Assembly (NCBI GenBank): GCA_040290255.1 | Contig: PSMU01000007.1 | Coordinates: 1 to 53,144, forward strand | DNA length: 53,144 bases | Reading direction: 5' to 3' | From: Nitrososphaerota archaeon | GTDB lineage: Archaea; Thermoproteota; Nitrososphaeria; PSMU01 | The notes under the pieces: model-generated | What the model saw: only the letters and a program-made list of their open reading frames with translations | The model's database searches: none | Told to the model about the DNA's origin: nothing | Shown here: piece after piece, positions 26,458 through 35,273 of the stretch | How positions within the stretch are numbered: position 1 is the first letter of the stretch | How the letters are laid out: each line of letters starts with the position of its first letter | Made by a program: the position numbers and the translations under genes

Positions 26458-28074
26458 GTGGGGGAAGAGATTAAGGTAGAGCTCTTCCTTCGCAAGGCTA
26501 CAGGCCTCGTTAAGGAGATAGGGCCCGCGGGGGCCTTCATCCTGCCCTGGGCGACGATGGCGGGCAGCGGCATCACCTTCTATTCCCTTCAGCTCATATA
26601 CCTTTACCCCAACGCGAGCGTTCCGCTTGCCTTCCTCATCGTGGGGGTTCCGTCCATCGTTAACGCCATCATCATAGCGCTGCTCGCCATCTGCATGCCC
26701 AGGTCCGCGGGCGGGTACGTGTGGTCGACCAGGCTCGTGGACCCCGCGCTGGGCTGGCTGGGCGCGGGCTGGATCTACTGGCTCACATACATCTTTACCG
26801 TTTCCCTGGTGGCCTACGTCATGGCCAGCGTCTACTCGACCATCCTGACGGTGATGGGCGTGGCCCTGGGCTCGCAGGCCCTGAAGTCTTATGGCCTCGC
26901 GCTCTCGACCAACACGACGGCCCAGCTCGAGTTCGTCTTCCTGCTCATCATCATCTTCGGCCTGCTATCGCTGTTGGAGCTGAAGCATTATCTTAAGGTG
27001 CTGTATGTGATCTGGGGGCTCAACGCCCTCGGCCTTATCGCCTCCATGGTGCTCTTTGCCGCCAACTCGCCCTCCACCATACCTGCCCGGTGGGACGCCT
27101 TCTGGGGCGCTGGCTCCTACCAGACGATCCTGAACCTCGCGGCCAAATATAACGCGACCGGCTACGTCGCCAAGACCACGGCCGGGCTCTGGGGCGACAC
27201 GCTGGGCGCGGTCGCGTACATCTTCTGGGCCGTGACGGGCTACGAAAGCCTGGCGTACGTTGCAGGCGAGGTCAGGAGCCCGCGGCCGGCCTTCCTAAAG
27301 TGGTATCTGGCCGGCATGGTGGGCACCGTGGTCTGGTACGCCCTCGTCTCCGGGCTCGCCTATGGGGCCTATGGAGACTTCATCTTCAAGTACAACTTCG
27401 TCTATAACCTATATAGCTCGGGCTCCCTCTCCTCGAACGAAAGCGCGGCCGTTGCCTCCTATATGATAAGCCCCAGCATGCCGCTCTTCGCCGCCACGCT
27501 GGCCGGCGGGGGGCTTCTGGGCGTGATAGCGGCGTGGTGGTTCTGGCCCCTGAACGTGATCATGGTGAGCTATCTAGTCGCCACCAGGAGCATCTTCGGC
27601 ATGGCCTTCGACAGGATGTTCCCCTCCGCCTTCGGCAAGGTCAGCGAGAGGACGCACACGCCCATCTACGCCACGCTCTTCAACATCGTCGTCTCGCTCA
27701 TCTGGGCCGCCATCATGTACACCTCCTTTGGGTACTTCGTGAGCGCCGCGAACACCAGCTTCTGGACCGCCTTCTACTACCTGATCTTCAGCATCGCCGC
27801 CATGATGCTGCCGTATAAGAGGCCGGAGCTCTGGGAGAAGGGCCTCAAGAAGGCCATCTTCGGCGTACCCGAGACGACCCTGCTGGGCGCCCTCTCGGCG
27901 GCCGGCATGCTGTGGATCCTCAGCCTCAGCACGCTGGGCATAAGCCTGACCGCGTGGAACGTCAGCGTCTTCTGGATGTTCATAGGCATCCTCATCTTCG
28001 TCTACTACGTGCACAAGACCGAGAAGAAGGGCATCAAGGTGGCGGAGCTCTATAAGGAGGTGCCGCCGCCCTAA
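26458..28074 (+). CDS. APC family amino acid/amine permease
   Basis: FLRKATGLVKEI, MPRSAGGYVW..R, GE.R.P, R.IF.MAFDR.FP..F; about 12 TM; TTTAAATA box at 26424. Confidence 0.9.
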   Translation: MGEEIKVELFLRKATGLVKEIGPAGAFILPWATMAGSGITFYSLQLIYLYPNASVPLAFLIVGVPSIVNAIIIALLAICMPRSAGGYVWSTRLVDPALGWLGAGWIYWLTYIFTVSLVAYVMASVYSTILTVMGVALGSQALKSYGLALSTNTTAQLEFVFLLIIIFGLLSLLELKHYLKVLYVIWGLNALGLIASMVLFAANSPSTIPARWDAFWGAGSYQTILNLAAKYNATGYVAKTTAGLWGDTLGAVAYIFWAVTGYESLAYVAGEVRSPRPAFLKWYLAGMVGTVVWYALVSGLAYGAYGDFIFKYNFVYNLYSSGSLSSNESAAVASYMISPSMPLFAATLAGGGLLGVIAAWWFWPLNVIMVSYLVATRSIFGMAFDRMFPSAFGKVSERTHTPIYATLFNIVVSLIWAAIMYTSFGYFVSAANTSFWTAFYYLIFSIAAMMLPYKRPELWEKGLKKAIFGVPETTLLGALSAAGMLWILSLSTLGISLTAWNVSVFWMFIGILIFVYYVHKTEKKGIKVAELYKEVPPP

Positions 28075-28085
28075 GCCTATCGAGC

Positions 28086-28838
28086 GTGAGCGGTGCACTC
28101 GAGGACATAAGGCTGGAGGCCAGGGAGCTGGTTGAGCGCGCGGAGGCAGAGGGAATTACCATAAGGCTCCTCGGGGGCTTGGCCGTGGCGCTGCACTGCA
28201 ACAGCGCCTCCAGGCCCGGCCTGGCGAGGGAGTATGTGGACATAGACTTTGCCGGCTATGGGCGCCAGGCCAGGGCCATAAAGCGGTTGCTGGAGGCAAG
28301 GGGCTATAGGCCCAACGAGATGTTCAACGCAATAAGGGGAGGCAGGCGGCTAATGTACTTCGACCTGAAGAACAGGAGACGGGTCGACGTCTTCCTAGAC
28401 AAGTTCAGCATGTGCCATACCATAGACCTGCGCCCAAGGCTTCCGCTGGGCCGCCTCACGCTGCCGCTCGCCGACCTCCTGCTGACCAAGCTGCAGGTCT
28501 TTCAGACCTCACAGAAGGACGTGCTGGATATCGCCGCCATCCTGCTCGACCATGATGTGGCGCTGGAGGAGGGGCACGAGGTCGTGAACGGGCCCTACAT
28601 CGCCGAGCTGTGCTCTAGGGACTGGGGCCTCTACAGGACGAGCAGGGGCACGGCCGAACGATGCATGGCCCTTCTGCCCCAGATCCCCCTGCGGCAGGGC
28701 GAAGGGGAGCTGATCGCCAGGCGGCTCGGGCTCCTGCTCGAGCTCATTGAGAGCCGGCCTAAGGGACTGCGCTGGAGGCTAAGGGCCAAGCTCGGCGAAA
28801 GGATTCGATGGTATAACCTTCCCGAGGAGCCCGAGTAG
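28086..28838 (+). CDS. Uncharacterised Pol-beta superfamily nucleotidyltransferase
   Basis: RLLGGLAV..H, REY.DIDF (GG plus DxD), RVDVF (third Asp), DLLLTKLQ, KD..D. Confidence 0.75.
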   Translation: MSGALEDIRLEARELVERAEAEGITIRLLGGLAVALHCNSASRPGLAREYVDIDFAGYGRQARAIKRLLEARGYRPNEMFNAIRGGRRLMYFDLKNRRRVDVFLDKFSMCHTIDLRPRLPLGRLTLPLADLLLTKLQVFQTSQKDVLDIAAILLDHDVALEEGHEVVNGPYIAELCSRDWGLYRTSRGTAERCMALLPQIPLRQGEGELIARRLGLLLELIESRPKGLRWRLRAKLGERIRWYNLPEEPE

Positions 28839-28839
28839 C

Positions 28840-30399
28840 CTAAGAAGCCTGGAGATCGGAGAGCGCCGTGCGCGCGGCCAGATAGCCGGGCGCGCCCGTG
28901 ACCCCTCCCCCTGGGTGCGCCCCGGAGCCGCAGAGATAGAGCCCCTTGATGGGCGTCCTATACTGGCTGAGGCCCGGCAGGGGCCTGAAGAAGAGCAGCT
29001 GCGAGGGCATGATGTCCACGTGAAAGATGTTCCCCTTGGGCAGCGAAAAGATGCGCTCCATGTCCAGCGGCGTAAGCACCTCCATCCTCTCCACGGCGCC
29101 GCTCATGTTGGGCGCGTATTCGCAAAAGGTCTCCAGCACCCTGCGCGCGGCCTCCTGCTTCTTCTCCTCCCAGCTCCCCTCCCTCAGGCGATAGGGGAAG
29201 TACTGTGCGAAGATGGACATCGTGTGAAGGCCGGGCGGGCAGAGGCCAGGGTCCGAGACCGAGTGGAAGACCACCTCCATAAAGGGCCGCCTCGACATAT
29301 GGCCATACTTGGCATCATCATAGGCCCTCTCCAGATACTCTAGGCTCGGGGCTATGTCCGTCGTGCCCTGGTGCTGGGGGCCCGGACCCTTGCCCGGCAG
29401 GGCCCTATAATCGGGCAACTCCCTGACCACGCCGTTGATCTTGAGCACGCACCCCTCGTCCTTGACCCACTCGAGCCTCCTGGCCAGTTCCCGGTCAAGG
29501 TGCTCGGAGCCCACCAGCTTCAACAGCGTCTGCTTGGGGTCCGCGCTCGAGAGCACTAGCTTTGCCTCATACCTCCTGCCGTCCTCGAGCTCAACGCCTC
29601 TTGCCGTGCCCTCCTTCACCAGCACGCGCCTCACCGCCACGCCCGTGAGGATCCGCGCGCCATAAGATATCGCTGCATCTCTGAGCGCGTCTATGAGCCG
29701 GCCCAGGCCCCCCTTCACATAGGCCCAGGCCCCCCTCACGCCGTTCACCTTGCCCAGCACATGGTGGCCCAGCACGTAGGCCGTGCCGGGGCTCATGGGC
29801 CCCGCCAGCGTGCCTATGATGGCCTGCGTGGCAAAGGCCGCCTTCACCTCCTCGGACTCAAAGTATTCGTCCAGCAGGTCCTTCGCGCTGAAGAAGAGCA
29901 GGCGCCTCATCACCTCCTGGGCCTCTATATCGCCCAGCAGCTCGCCCAGCGCCTGCACCGGAGGTGGTGGTGAGAGGAAGAGCAGGTCGAAGAGCTCGCC
30001 CACGCGGTCCCAGAAGGCGGCGTACTCGAGATAGGCCCTGGCATCCCGCTCCGAGAACTTGGCGATCTCCCGGGCCGTCCTGCGCCTATCGTTCCAGAGG
30101 AAGAGGTACCTGCCGTCCGGAAATGGTATGAAGGAAAAGGGCTCGTGCACCACGAGCTCCAGGCCCCTCTCCCTCAGCCGCAGCTCCTCCACGATCTCCT
30201 CCCTGAAGAGGCCATACGCATAGGCCAGCCTGTTGATCTTACAGCCCGGCCAGAGCTCCTCCGTCACGCTGGCCCCGCCCAGCACGGGGCGCCGCTCGAC
30301 CAAGAGCGTCCTGAGGCCGGCCTTGGCCAGGTAGCAGGCCGCGACCAGCCCGTTGTGCCCGCCTCCTATGATTATTGCGTCGAAGCCGGCGTTCTGCAC
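28840..30399 (-). CDS. Phytoene dehydrogenase-like FAD oxidoreductase
   Basis: GGGHNGLVAA.YLA, GGAS.TEE, TPLD.E......GNIFH, LYLCGSGAHPGGGV.G.PG. Confidence 0.9.
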   Translation of the reverse strand: MQNAGFDAIIIGGGHNGLVAACYLAKAGLRTLLVERRPVLGGASVTEELWPGCKINRLAYAYGLFREEIVEELRLRERGLELVVHEPFSFIPFPDGRYLFLWNDRRRTAREIAKFSERDARAYLEYAAFWDRVGELFDLLFLSPPPPVQALGELLGDIEAQEVMRRLLFFSAKDLLDEYFESEEVKAAFATQAIIGTLAGPMSPGTAYVLGHHVLGKVNGVRGAWAYVKGGLGRLIDALRDAAISYGARILTGVAVRRVLVKEGTARGVELEDGRRYEAKLVLSSADPKQTLLKLVGSEHLDRELARRLEWVKDEGCVLKINGVVRELPDYRALPGKGPGPQHQGTTDIAPSLEYLERAYDDAKYGHMSRRPFMEVVFHSVSDPGLCPPGLHTMSIFAQYFPYRLREGSWEEKKQEAARRVLETFCEYAPNMSGAVERMEVLTPLDMERIFSLPKGNIFHVDIMPSQLLFFRPLPGLSQYRTPIKGLYLCGSGAHPGGGVTGAPGYLAARTALSDLQAS

Positions 30400-30437
30400 G
30401 GCGGCCCCATCTAAGGGCTCCTTAAAATTGCGCGCGG

Positions 30438-31484
30438 TTAGGGCTTCAGCACCGCCCGGCCTAGATAGCGTCCCCCTTGTAGCTCCTGCAGCACCCGGTT
30501 CACTTCCTCCAACGGCGCCAGCCTGCCGATATGCGAGCGCACCTTGCCTTGCTCATAGAGCGCCAGCAGCTCCTCGAACTCGTGAGGAAGGCCTACGAGC
30601 GAGGGCAGGACTCGAATCCCCTTGGCCAGCAAAAAGTCGGGCGAGGCGGGCAGGGGTCCCTGCTCCTCGGCCGGCGAGCCCACCGCTATGAGCGCGCCCG
30701 GCGGGCTGAGCAGCCTCAGCGCTAGGCCGTAGGCCTCTATGGTGGGCGCAAGGACGAGCGCCGCGTGCACGTCCTTTGCCTTTGCCCTAAGCGCACCCAC
30801 TCCTTCCTCCGCGTCGAGCGCCACATCCGCCCCCAATTCCTCCACAAAACGAACCCTGGCGGCGCCCTTCTCTATGCCCAGGACGGCGTACCCGAAGGCC
30901 TTCGCGATCTGCACGGCATAGTGGCCCAGGCCCCCGGCGGCCCCCAGCACGGCCACCTTCCTGCCGGGAGGAAGACCTACATCCGTAACGAGCTTACGCA
31001 CCGCCCCATAGGCGGTCAGCCCCCCGCAGAGCAGGCCCGCCGCCTGCTCATATGAGAGGAAGGCCGGTATGGCCCTGGCCCCCCTCTCGCTCACAATGGC
31101 GTATTCCGCATAGGTGCCGTTCAGGTGAACCGAGGTCTCCCTGAGCTCCTCGCACCACTGGGGCGCGCCCGAGCTGCATGCGTAGCAGAGCCCGCACCAG
31201 TGGTTCATCCAGCCGATCCCTACCCTATCGCCCTCGCTGAAGCGCCTCACCCCGAGTCCCACCTCTTCCACCTCCCCGACGCCCTCGTGGCCCAGCACCC
31301 GCACCCCCAGCCTCTCCATGTCACGCTTGGCGCCGGGCCAGTGCCCCTTCCATAGATGCAGGTCCGTGCGGCATACCCCCGTCGCCCTGATCCTCACCAG
31401 CAGCTCGCCGGGGCCAGGCCTTGGCCTCGCCAGCTCCTCGAGCACCAGCGGAGCCGCCCACCCCCTTAGGCAGGCCGCCTTCAT
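30438..31484 (-). CDS. Zinc-dependent alcohol dehydrogenase (AdhP-like)
   Basis: GVC.TD, GHEG.G, C..C..C...C, C.G.T.Y, GA.GGLG. Confidence 0.9.
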   Translation of the reverse strand: MKAACLRGWAAPLVLEELARPRPGPGELLVRIRATGVCRTDLHLWKGHWPGAKRDMERLGVRVLGHEGVGEVEEVGLGVRRFSEGDRVGIGWMNHWCGLCYACSSGAPQWCEELRETSVHLNGTYAEYAIVSERGARAIPAFLSYEQAAGLLCGGLTAYGAVRKLVTDVGLPPGRKVAVLGAAGGLGHYAVQIAKAFGYAVLGIEKGAARVRFVEELGADVALDAEEGVGALRAKAKDVHAALVLAPTIEAYGLALRLLSPPGALIAVGSPAEEQGPLPASPDFLLAKGIRVLPSLVGLPHEFEELLALYEQGKVRSHIGRLAPLEEVNRVLQELQGGRYLGRAVLKP

Positions 31485-31533
31485 GGCCTCCGAGGGCCTC
31501 GGCTCCCTAAAAGGCCTTTGGGCATGATACAAA

Positions 31534-31552
31534 TTTTTTACTAAGTAAAAAA
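31534..31552. promoter_or_regulatory. 19-bp palindrome TTTTTTACT-A-AGTAAAAAA between divergent promoters
   Basis: Perfect 9-bp inverted repeat, 7 nt upstream of TTTAAAA (31560-66) of the VOC dioxygenase gene. Confidence 0.7.
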
Positions 31553-31588
31553 CAACAACTTTAAAACCCCCTACCGCCCAGCTGCGGC

Positions 31589-32653
31589 GTGCAGGAGCTA
31601 GCGGGGCTCGTGAAGGGCCTCCATCATATCACGCTGGTCACCTCCAACGAGGAGGTGAACAGGAGGTTCTACACGGAGGTCCTCGGCCTCAGGAGGGTAA
31701 AGCTCTCCGTGAACCAGGACGATATCTTTCACCGTCATATCTTCTACGGAGATGAGCGAGGTAGCACGGGCAGCGTCATTACCTTCTTCGAGTGGCCGGA
31801 CCTTCCGAGGGGCATAGTTGGCCTCCATTCCCCTCATCACCTGGCATACCAGGTGGCCGGGGTCGAGGCATTGCCCAAGTGGAGGGCATGGCTCAGGGCA
31901 AATGGGGTGCCCTGCTCCGAGCTCGTGGTGAGGGAGGATAGGGTCTCCCTGTATCTTAGGGACCCCGATGGCGTGCTGATCGAGATCACGGCCCCCAACC
32001 TAGAGCGGCTGGGGAAGGGCTATGTAGAGGAGCTGGCGCGCGAAGTGCCGGAGGTCACCTCGATAGGCCCCGATATGAAGCTGCTAAAGTTCGAACACGC
32101 GGCCCCTGTGACCGGCGATCATGAGATAACCAGAAGGTTCTTCGAAAAGTTCCTCGGCCTGGGGAGCTTTTCGCTCAGGCCTAACCCTGATCAGCCAGGG
32201 ACGAGCCTGGCGCTCATCGGGGGTGCTGATGGACACCTCTTCATGAGCTACCTCTCTTCGCCCAACGCGCCCGTGGGCTTTGTGGGCACAGGCAGCGTGC
32301 ACCACATCGCGATGGCCGTGGAGGATACACAGGACCAGCTTAGAATTATGAGGAGGCTCGAGGCCGCAGGCATAAGGACCTCGGGCATCATCGACAGGTT
32401 CTGGTTCAGGTCGCTGTACTTCAGGGATCCCCACGGGAACCTGTTAGAGATAGCCACGAGGGGCCCTGGTTATACCGTCGACGAACCCCCCGAGCTGCTG
32501 GGCTCTAAGCTCATCCTGCCTCCCTGGCTCGAGCCCCACAGGGCCACGATAGAGCGGAGCCTCCGGCAGCAGGACGAAAGGAATAGGCCGCGCTGGCCGC
32601 CCTCCTATCCGCCGCTGCCACTGCCGCCCGAGAGCCTGGCGCCCTCCTCTTAA
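31589..32653 (+). CDS. Ring-cleaving dioxygenase, VOC/glyoxalase family (MhqA/MhqO-like)
   Basis: GLHHIT, FYT..LGL..VK.SVN.DD, TFFEW, G.G.VHHIA, IDR.WF.SLYFR.P.G.L.E.AT.GPG, L.LPPWLE. Confidence 0.9.
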   Translation: MQELAGLVKGLHHITLVTSNEEVNRRFYTEVLGLRRVKLSVNQDDIFHRHIFYGDERGSTGSVITFFEWPDLPRGIVGLHSPHHLAYQVAGVEALPKWRAWLRANGVPCSELVVREDRVSLYLRDPDGVLIEITAPNLERLGKGYVEELAREVPEVTSIGPDMKLLKFEHAAPVTGDHEITRRFFEKFLGLGSFSLRPNPDQPGTSLALIGGADGHLFMSYLSSPNAPVGFVGTGSVHHIAMAVEDTQDQLRIMRRLEAAGIRTSGIIDRFWFRSLYFRDPHGNLLEIATRGPGYTVDEPPELLGSKLILPPWLEPHRATIERSLRQQDERNRPRWPPSYPPLPLPPESLAPSS

Positions 32654-32883
32654 TCACGTCTTTGAGGGCAACTTTATTTATGTCCTGGCCTTAGGCGTTC
32701 ATGCCCTCGCTGCGGCTGCTCATCCCTGGCATGCCTACCCTCCCCTTCAGGCCTGAGGGAGAAGGAAGCCTCTCGGTCCTCGTCTGGGAGCTCACCAACG
32801 AGCTGGCCCCTAATAGCCAAGAAGCTCCTCGAGGCCCTAGGAGGGCTGGAGCCCTGGGTGCAGGAGCTAAGCGGATCGCCCGG

Positions 32884-33708
32884 CTACTGAAGGGGCTCGC
32901 CCTGGGCGGGCCTGAAGCGCTGCGGGTTGGAGGCCAGCTCCCTCAGGTTCTGAAGCAACTTCTGCAGTACCTCTTCGTAGCTCTCGCCGACCTTCCTCCT
33001 CCTGCCGATGGGGCTGCAGAACGAAACGACCTCCTTGTGAATGAAGGGGTGGTCGATGCCCGTCGCCCTGAGGACCTCCACTACGTGCTTGAGCTCAGCA
33101 TCGCAGAGGTTTAGAAGGGAGGCCCTGGCCTTCCTCGCCTCTAGCGCCCGCGCCAGCGGCAGGGAGGTGAAGGCGTCCACCCTCCTCAGCATGCTTTCGA
33201 ACGCGGAGCCGTAGAGCCTTTCGTTTTGCTCGTACGCTATGCCCACCGTCACATAATAGGGGAACTCGATCGAATCCAGCACGAGGGCATCGTTCTCCTG
33301 CAGCTCCGGGCGCTTTGTGAGCAGCTCCCTGTAGACGTTATAGGCCACATAGGCCTTCTCCCTCAGGTTCATCGTCTTCTCCACGTTAAGCTCCATCAGC
33401 TTGACCGCATATTTCTCAGGAATTACAAGGCAGGGCAGCAGCTTTGCTCCTAGCATCTTCGCCGCCAAGAGCCTATGCTGGCCGTCGATCACGATGAGCC
33501 TGCCCTCCGCCGACCTCACGCATGTGAGCGGCGTCACGAAGCCGACCCTCTTCATCGATTCGGCGAGCCTTTTCACGTGAAAATCAGAGGGTTTTCTCTG
33601 GTGAGCTATCACGCTCAGCGCCTCCACCGGCGCCAGCAGCAACTCCTGCTCGTAGCCGAAGAAGGTCTCGGTGAAGCTGGCTAGCCGCTGTATCGCCAGG
33701 GACGACAT
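32884..33708 (-). CDS. ParB/Srx-like N-terminal domain protein with DGQHR motif
   Basis: HQR..S..HVKRL..S...GF..P, IDGQHR..A, LN.EK..NLREKA. Confidence 0.8.
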   Translation of the reverse strand: MSSLAIQRLASFTETFFGYEQELLLAPVEALSVIAHQRKPSDFHVKRLAESMKRVGFVTPLTCVRSAEGRLIVIDGQHRLLAAKMLGAKLLPCLVIPEKYAVKLMELNVEKTMNLREKAYVAYNVYRELLTKRPELQENDALVLDSIEFPYYVTVGIAYEQNERLYGSAFESMLRRVDAFTSLPLARALEARKARASLLNLCDAELKHVVEVLRATGIDHPFIHKEVVSFCSPIGRRRKVGESYEEVLQKLLQNLRELASNPQRFRPAQGEPLQ

Positions 33709-33748
33709 GATTTTTCACCTGAAAAGAGCTTATTTAAAGCCTTCGCGT

Positions 33749-33958
33749 TCAGCCGCCTAAGCTGAGGGCCGCTATGAGCAGTACGAAAACGACGGCGAAA
33801 ATCGCGAGGGCCAGCAGGACGGCCTTGGGCCCTCTGCCCACAAAGATGAACGGAAGTGGTAGGATGAATAGCAGGCCCCTAAATCGGTCAGCCTGTAGGG
33901 CCAAGAGCACGAAAGCGAGGCTGACCAGGGCGAGCGGCACAAGGACGCGGCGCCTCAT
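33749..33958 (-). CDS. Small membrane protein, DUF131/TIGR00304-like
   Basis: Hydrophobic 69 aa with G..FILPLPFIF.G followed by a TM helix. Confidence 0.5.
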   Translation of the reverse strand: MRRRVLVPLALVSLAFVLLALQADRFRGLLFILPLPFIFVGRGPKAVLLALAIFAVVFVLLIAALSLGG

Positions 33959-33966
33959 CGGGCTCC

Positions 33967-34230
33967 TTATCTCTTGAGGTCCCTGGCGCGCACCTCCTTC
34001 CACTCCTCAGGGCTAAAGACGCGCATTACATTTTGGCTCAGCACGAAGTAGATGGGGTTTCCCTCGAAGTCCCTCATCTCAGCCCCGCTAGGATCCAAGA
34101 TCTTGAAGACCTTGGTTACGACGAGCTTGACGGCCAAGACGCGGCCATCTTCCAGGCCGTAATAGTTCCAGCTCTCCTCGAGGGGCTCAAAGCCCACGAG
34201 CTTTCTGTTCTGCTGAGGCGGAAGCGCCAT
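33967..34230 (-). CDS. Conserved archaeal-type hypothetical beta protein
   Basis: E.WN.Y.LEDG..L..KLVV..V...D..G.PIY...SQN pattern; own TTTTAA box. Confidence 0.7.
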   Translation of the reverse strand: MALPPQQNRKLVGFEPLEESWNYYGLEDGRVLAVKLVVTKVFKILDPSGAEMRDFEGNPIYFVLSQNVMRVFSPEEWKEVRARDLKR

Positions 34231-34260
34231 GCCCTTGGCCCGCGCGGCCTCTTAAAAGCC

Positions 34261-34911
34261 TTAGCCATCGGGGCGGCTGCCAGGCCCCTGCTCGCCCTCC
34301 TGCAGCGGGCCACAGAGGGCGGGGTTCGCCGTCATATCCTTCAGGCCCCAGATAAAGACGGAGGCACGCGGCGCATTGAGCTTGATCATCCTGAGCGCCC
34401 TTCTCATCTCCGCCACCTTCTCCCCGGTCTCGTACCCGCTCCAGATGTCCACGAAGATCGTATCATAGGCGCGAAAGTCCTCAAACCGCCAAAAGTCCCC
34501 CTCTAATATGCGGCAGCGGGGGATCAAGGGCTTCATCAGCTTGATGACGTCCTCCTCCTTCTCGAGCACGTCCACGCTCGTAACGCCTTGGTTGCCGCGC
34601 AGGGCGAAGAGGATGAGCCCGAGCCCAAGGCCCGCGCACAGCACCCGGCCAGCACAGCGCCGCGCTATGAGCTGCATGCCCAGCCAGTGAGGGGGATCGT
34701 CCACCATCCACTCGGTTCCGCCCACCTTCAGGGTCGTGATCGGTATCACGTCCTCCACATAGTAATAATCGTAGCCCCCTATGCCCTCCATGTGATAGAG
34801 CCCTCTGGTGTAGAAGGTCCTGACGATGCGGGCCCTGCCGCGCGATCTAAGCGGGAAGCTCGTGGCGGGCGTGCTCCAAGAGGAACTGCCTACGTGCAAC
34901 ACCTTGGGCAA
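34261..34911 (-). CDS. Class I SAM-dependent methyltransferase (spermidine synthase-like fold)
   Basis: WMVD.P, GRVL.AGLGLG, V.V.E, GD, YD.IF.DIW. Confidence 0.75.
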   Translation of the reverse strand: MPKVLHVGSSSWSTPATSFPLRSRGRARIVRTFYTRGLYHMEGIGGYDYYYVEDVIPITTLKVGGTEWMVDDPPHWLGMQLIARRCAGRVLCAGLGLGLILFALRGNQGVTSVDVLEKEEDVIKLMKPLIPRCRILEGDFWRFEDFRAYDTIFVDIWSGYETGEKVAEMRRALRMIKLNAPRASVFIWGLKDMTANPALCGPLQEGEQGPGSRPDG

Positions 34912-34944
34912 GGCGGGTTAGGGCGCCGTGGCCGAATCAGGGGT

Positions 34945-35006
34945 AGGTCGGATCGTCGCGAGGTCCTCATGGCTGCGCTCGGCCTGGGACGGTTGATCCT
35001 CATCCC
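34945..35006 (-). ncRNA. Candidate C/D-box sRNA 3, in the leader of the methyltransferase gene
   Basis: Minus strand: GGG, C ATGAGGA, 14-nt guide, D' CCGA, C' ATGAGGA, 12-nt guide, D CCGA, CCT; GATAAATT box ~26 nt upstream. Confidence 0.7.
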
Positions 35007-35109
35007 AAGCCGCACATCGTCGAGGGTGAATTTATCCTTATCTTAGGCGGCGAAGCTCCCGAGCAAAGGCTCTTATAAGCTGGTGAGGATGAGGGGCGAG
35101 TTGTGCCAT

Positions 35110-35241
35110 ATGATCGCGTGCCCTAACTGCGGCGCGCTCCTGAGCTGGTACGAGGCGGAGGAGCACCTCAGGGGCTGCAGGCCTCCGGAGCAGGCGAGGC
35201 CCGTGCCCGTGAGGGCCGTGGCGAGGAAGCGGCGGGCCTAG
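35110..35241 (+). CDS. 43-aa C2HC zinc-finger microprotein (not in ORF track)
   Basis: MIACPNCGALLSWYEAEEHLRGCRPPEQARPVPVRAVARKRRA; C-x2-C-x11-H-x3-C; TTATAA at 35073-78. Confidence 0.7.
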   Translation: MIACPNCGALLSWYEAEEHLRGCRPPEQARPVPVRAVARKRRA

Positions 35242-35273
35242 GCAAGGGCCATTTTTATCGGTTAAGTTTTCAT

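Noticed and set aside
28086-28838. MNT-HEPN or AbiE toxin-antitoxin interpretation of the nucleotidyltransferase
   Set aside because: No HEPN or AbiEi-like partner is adjacent; the context is a permease and a phosphoesterase.
32672-32890. Gap with a TATA-like box, ORF 32701-33114 and an alternate frame containing CPRCG
   Set aside because: The ORF runs deep antisense into the ParB gene and the CPRCG frame has no start codon; possibly a gene remnant but not supportable.
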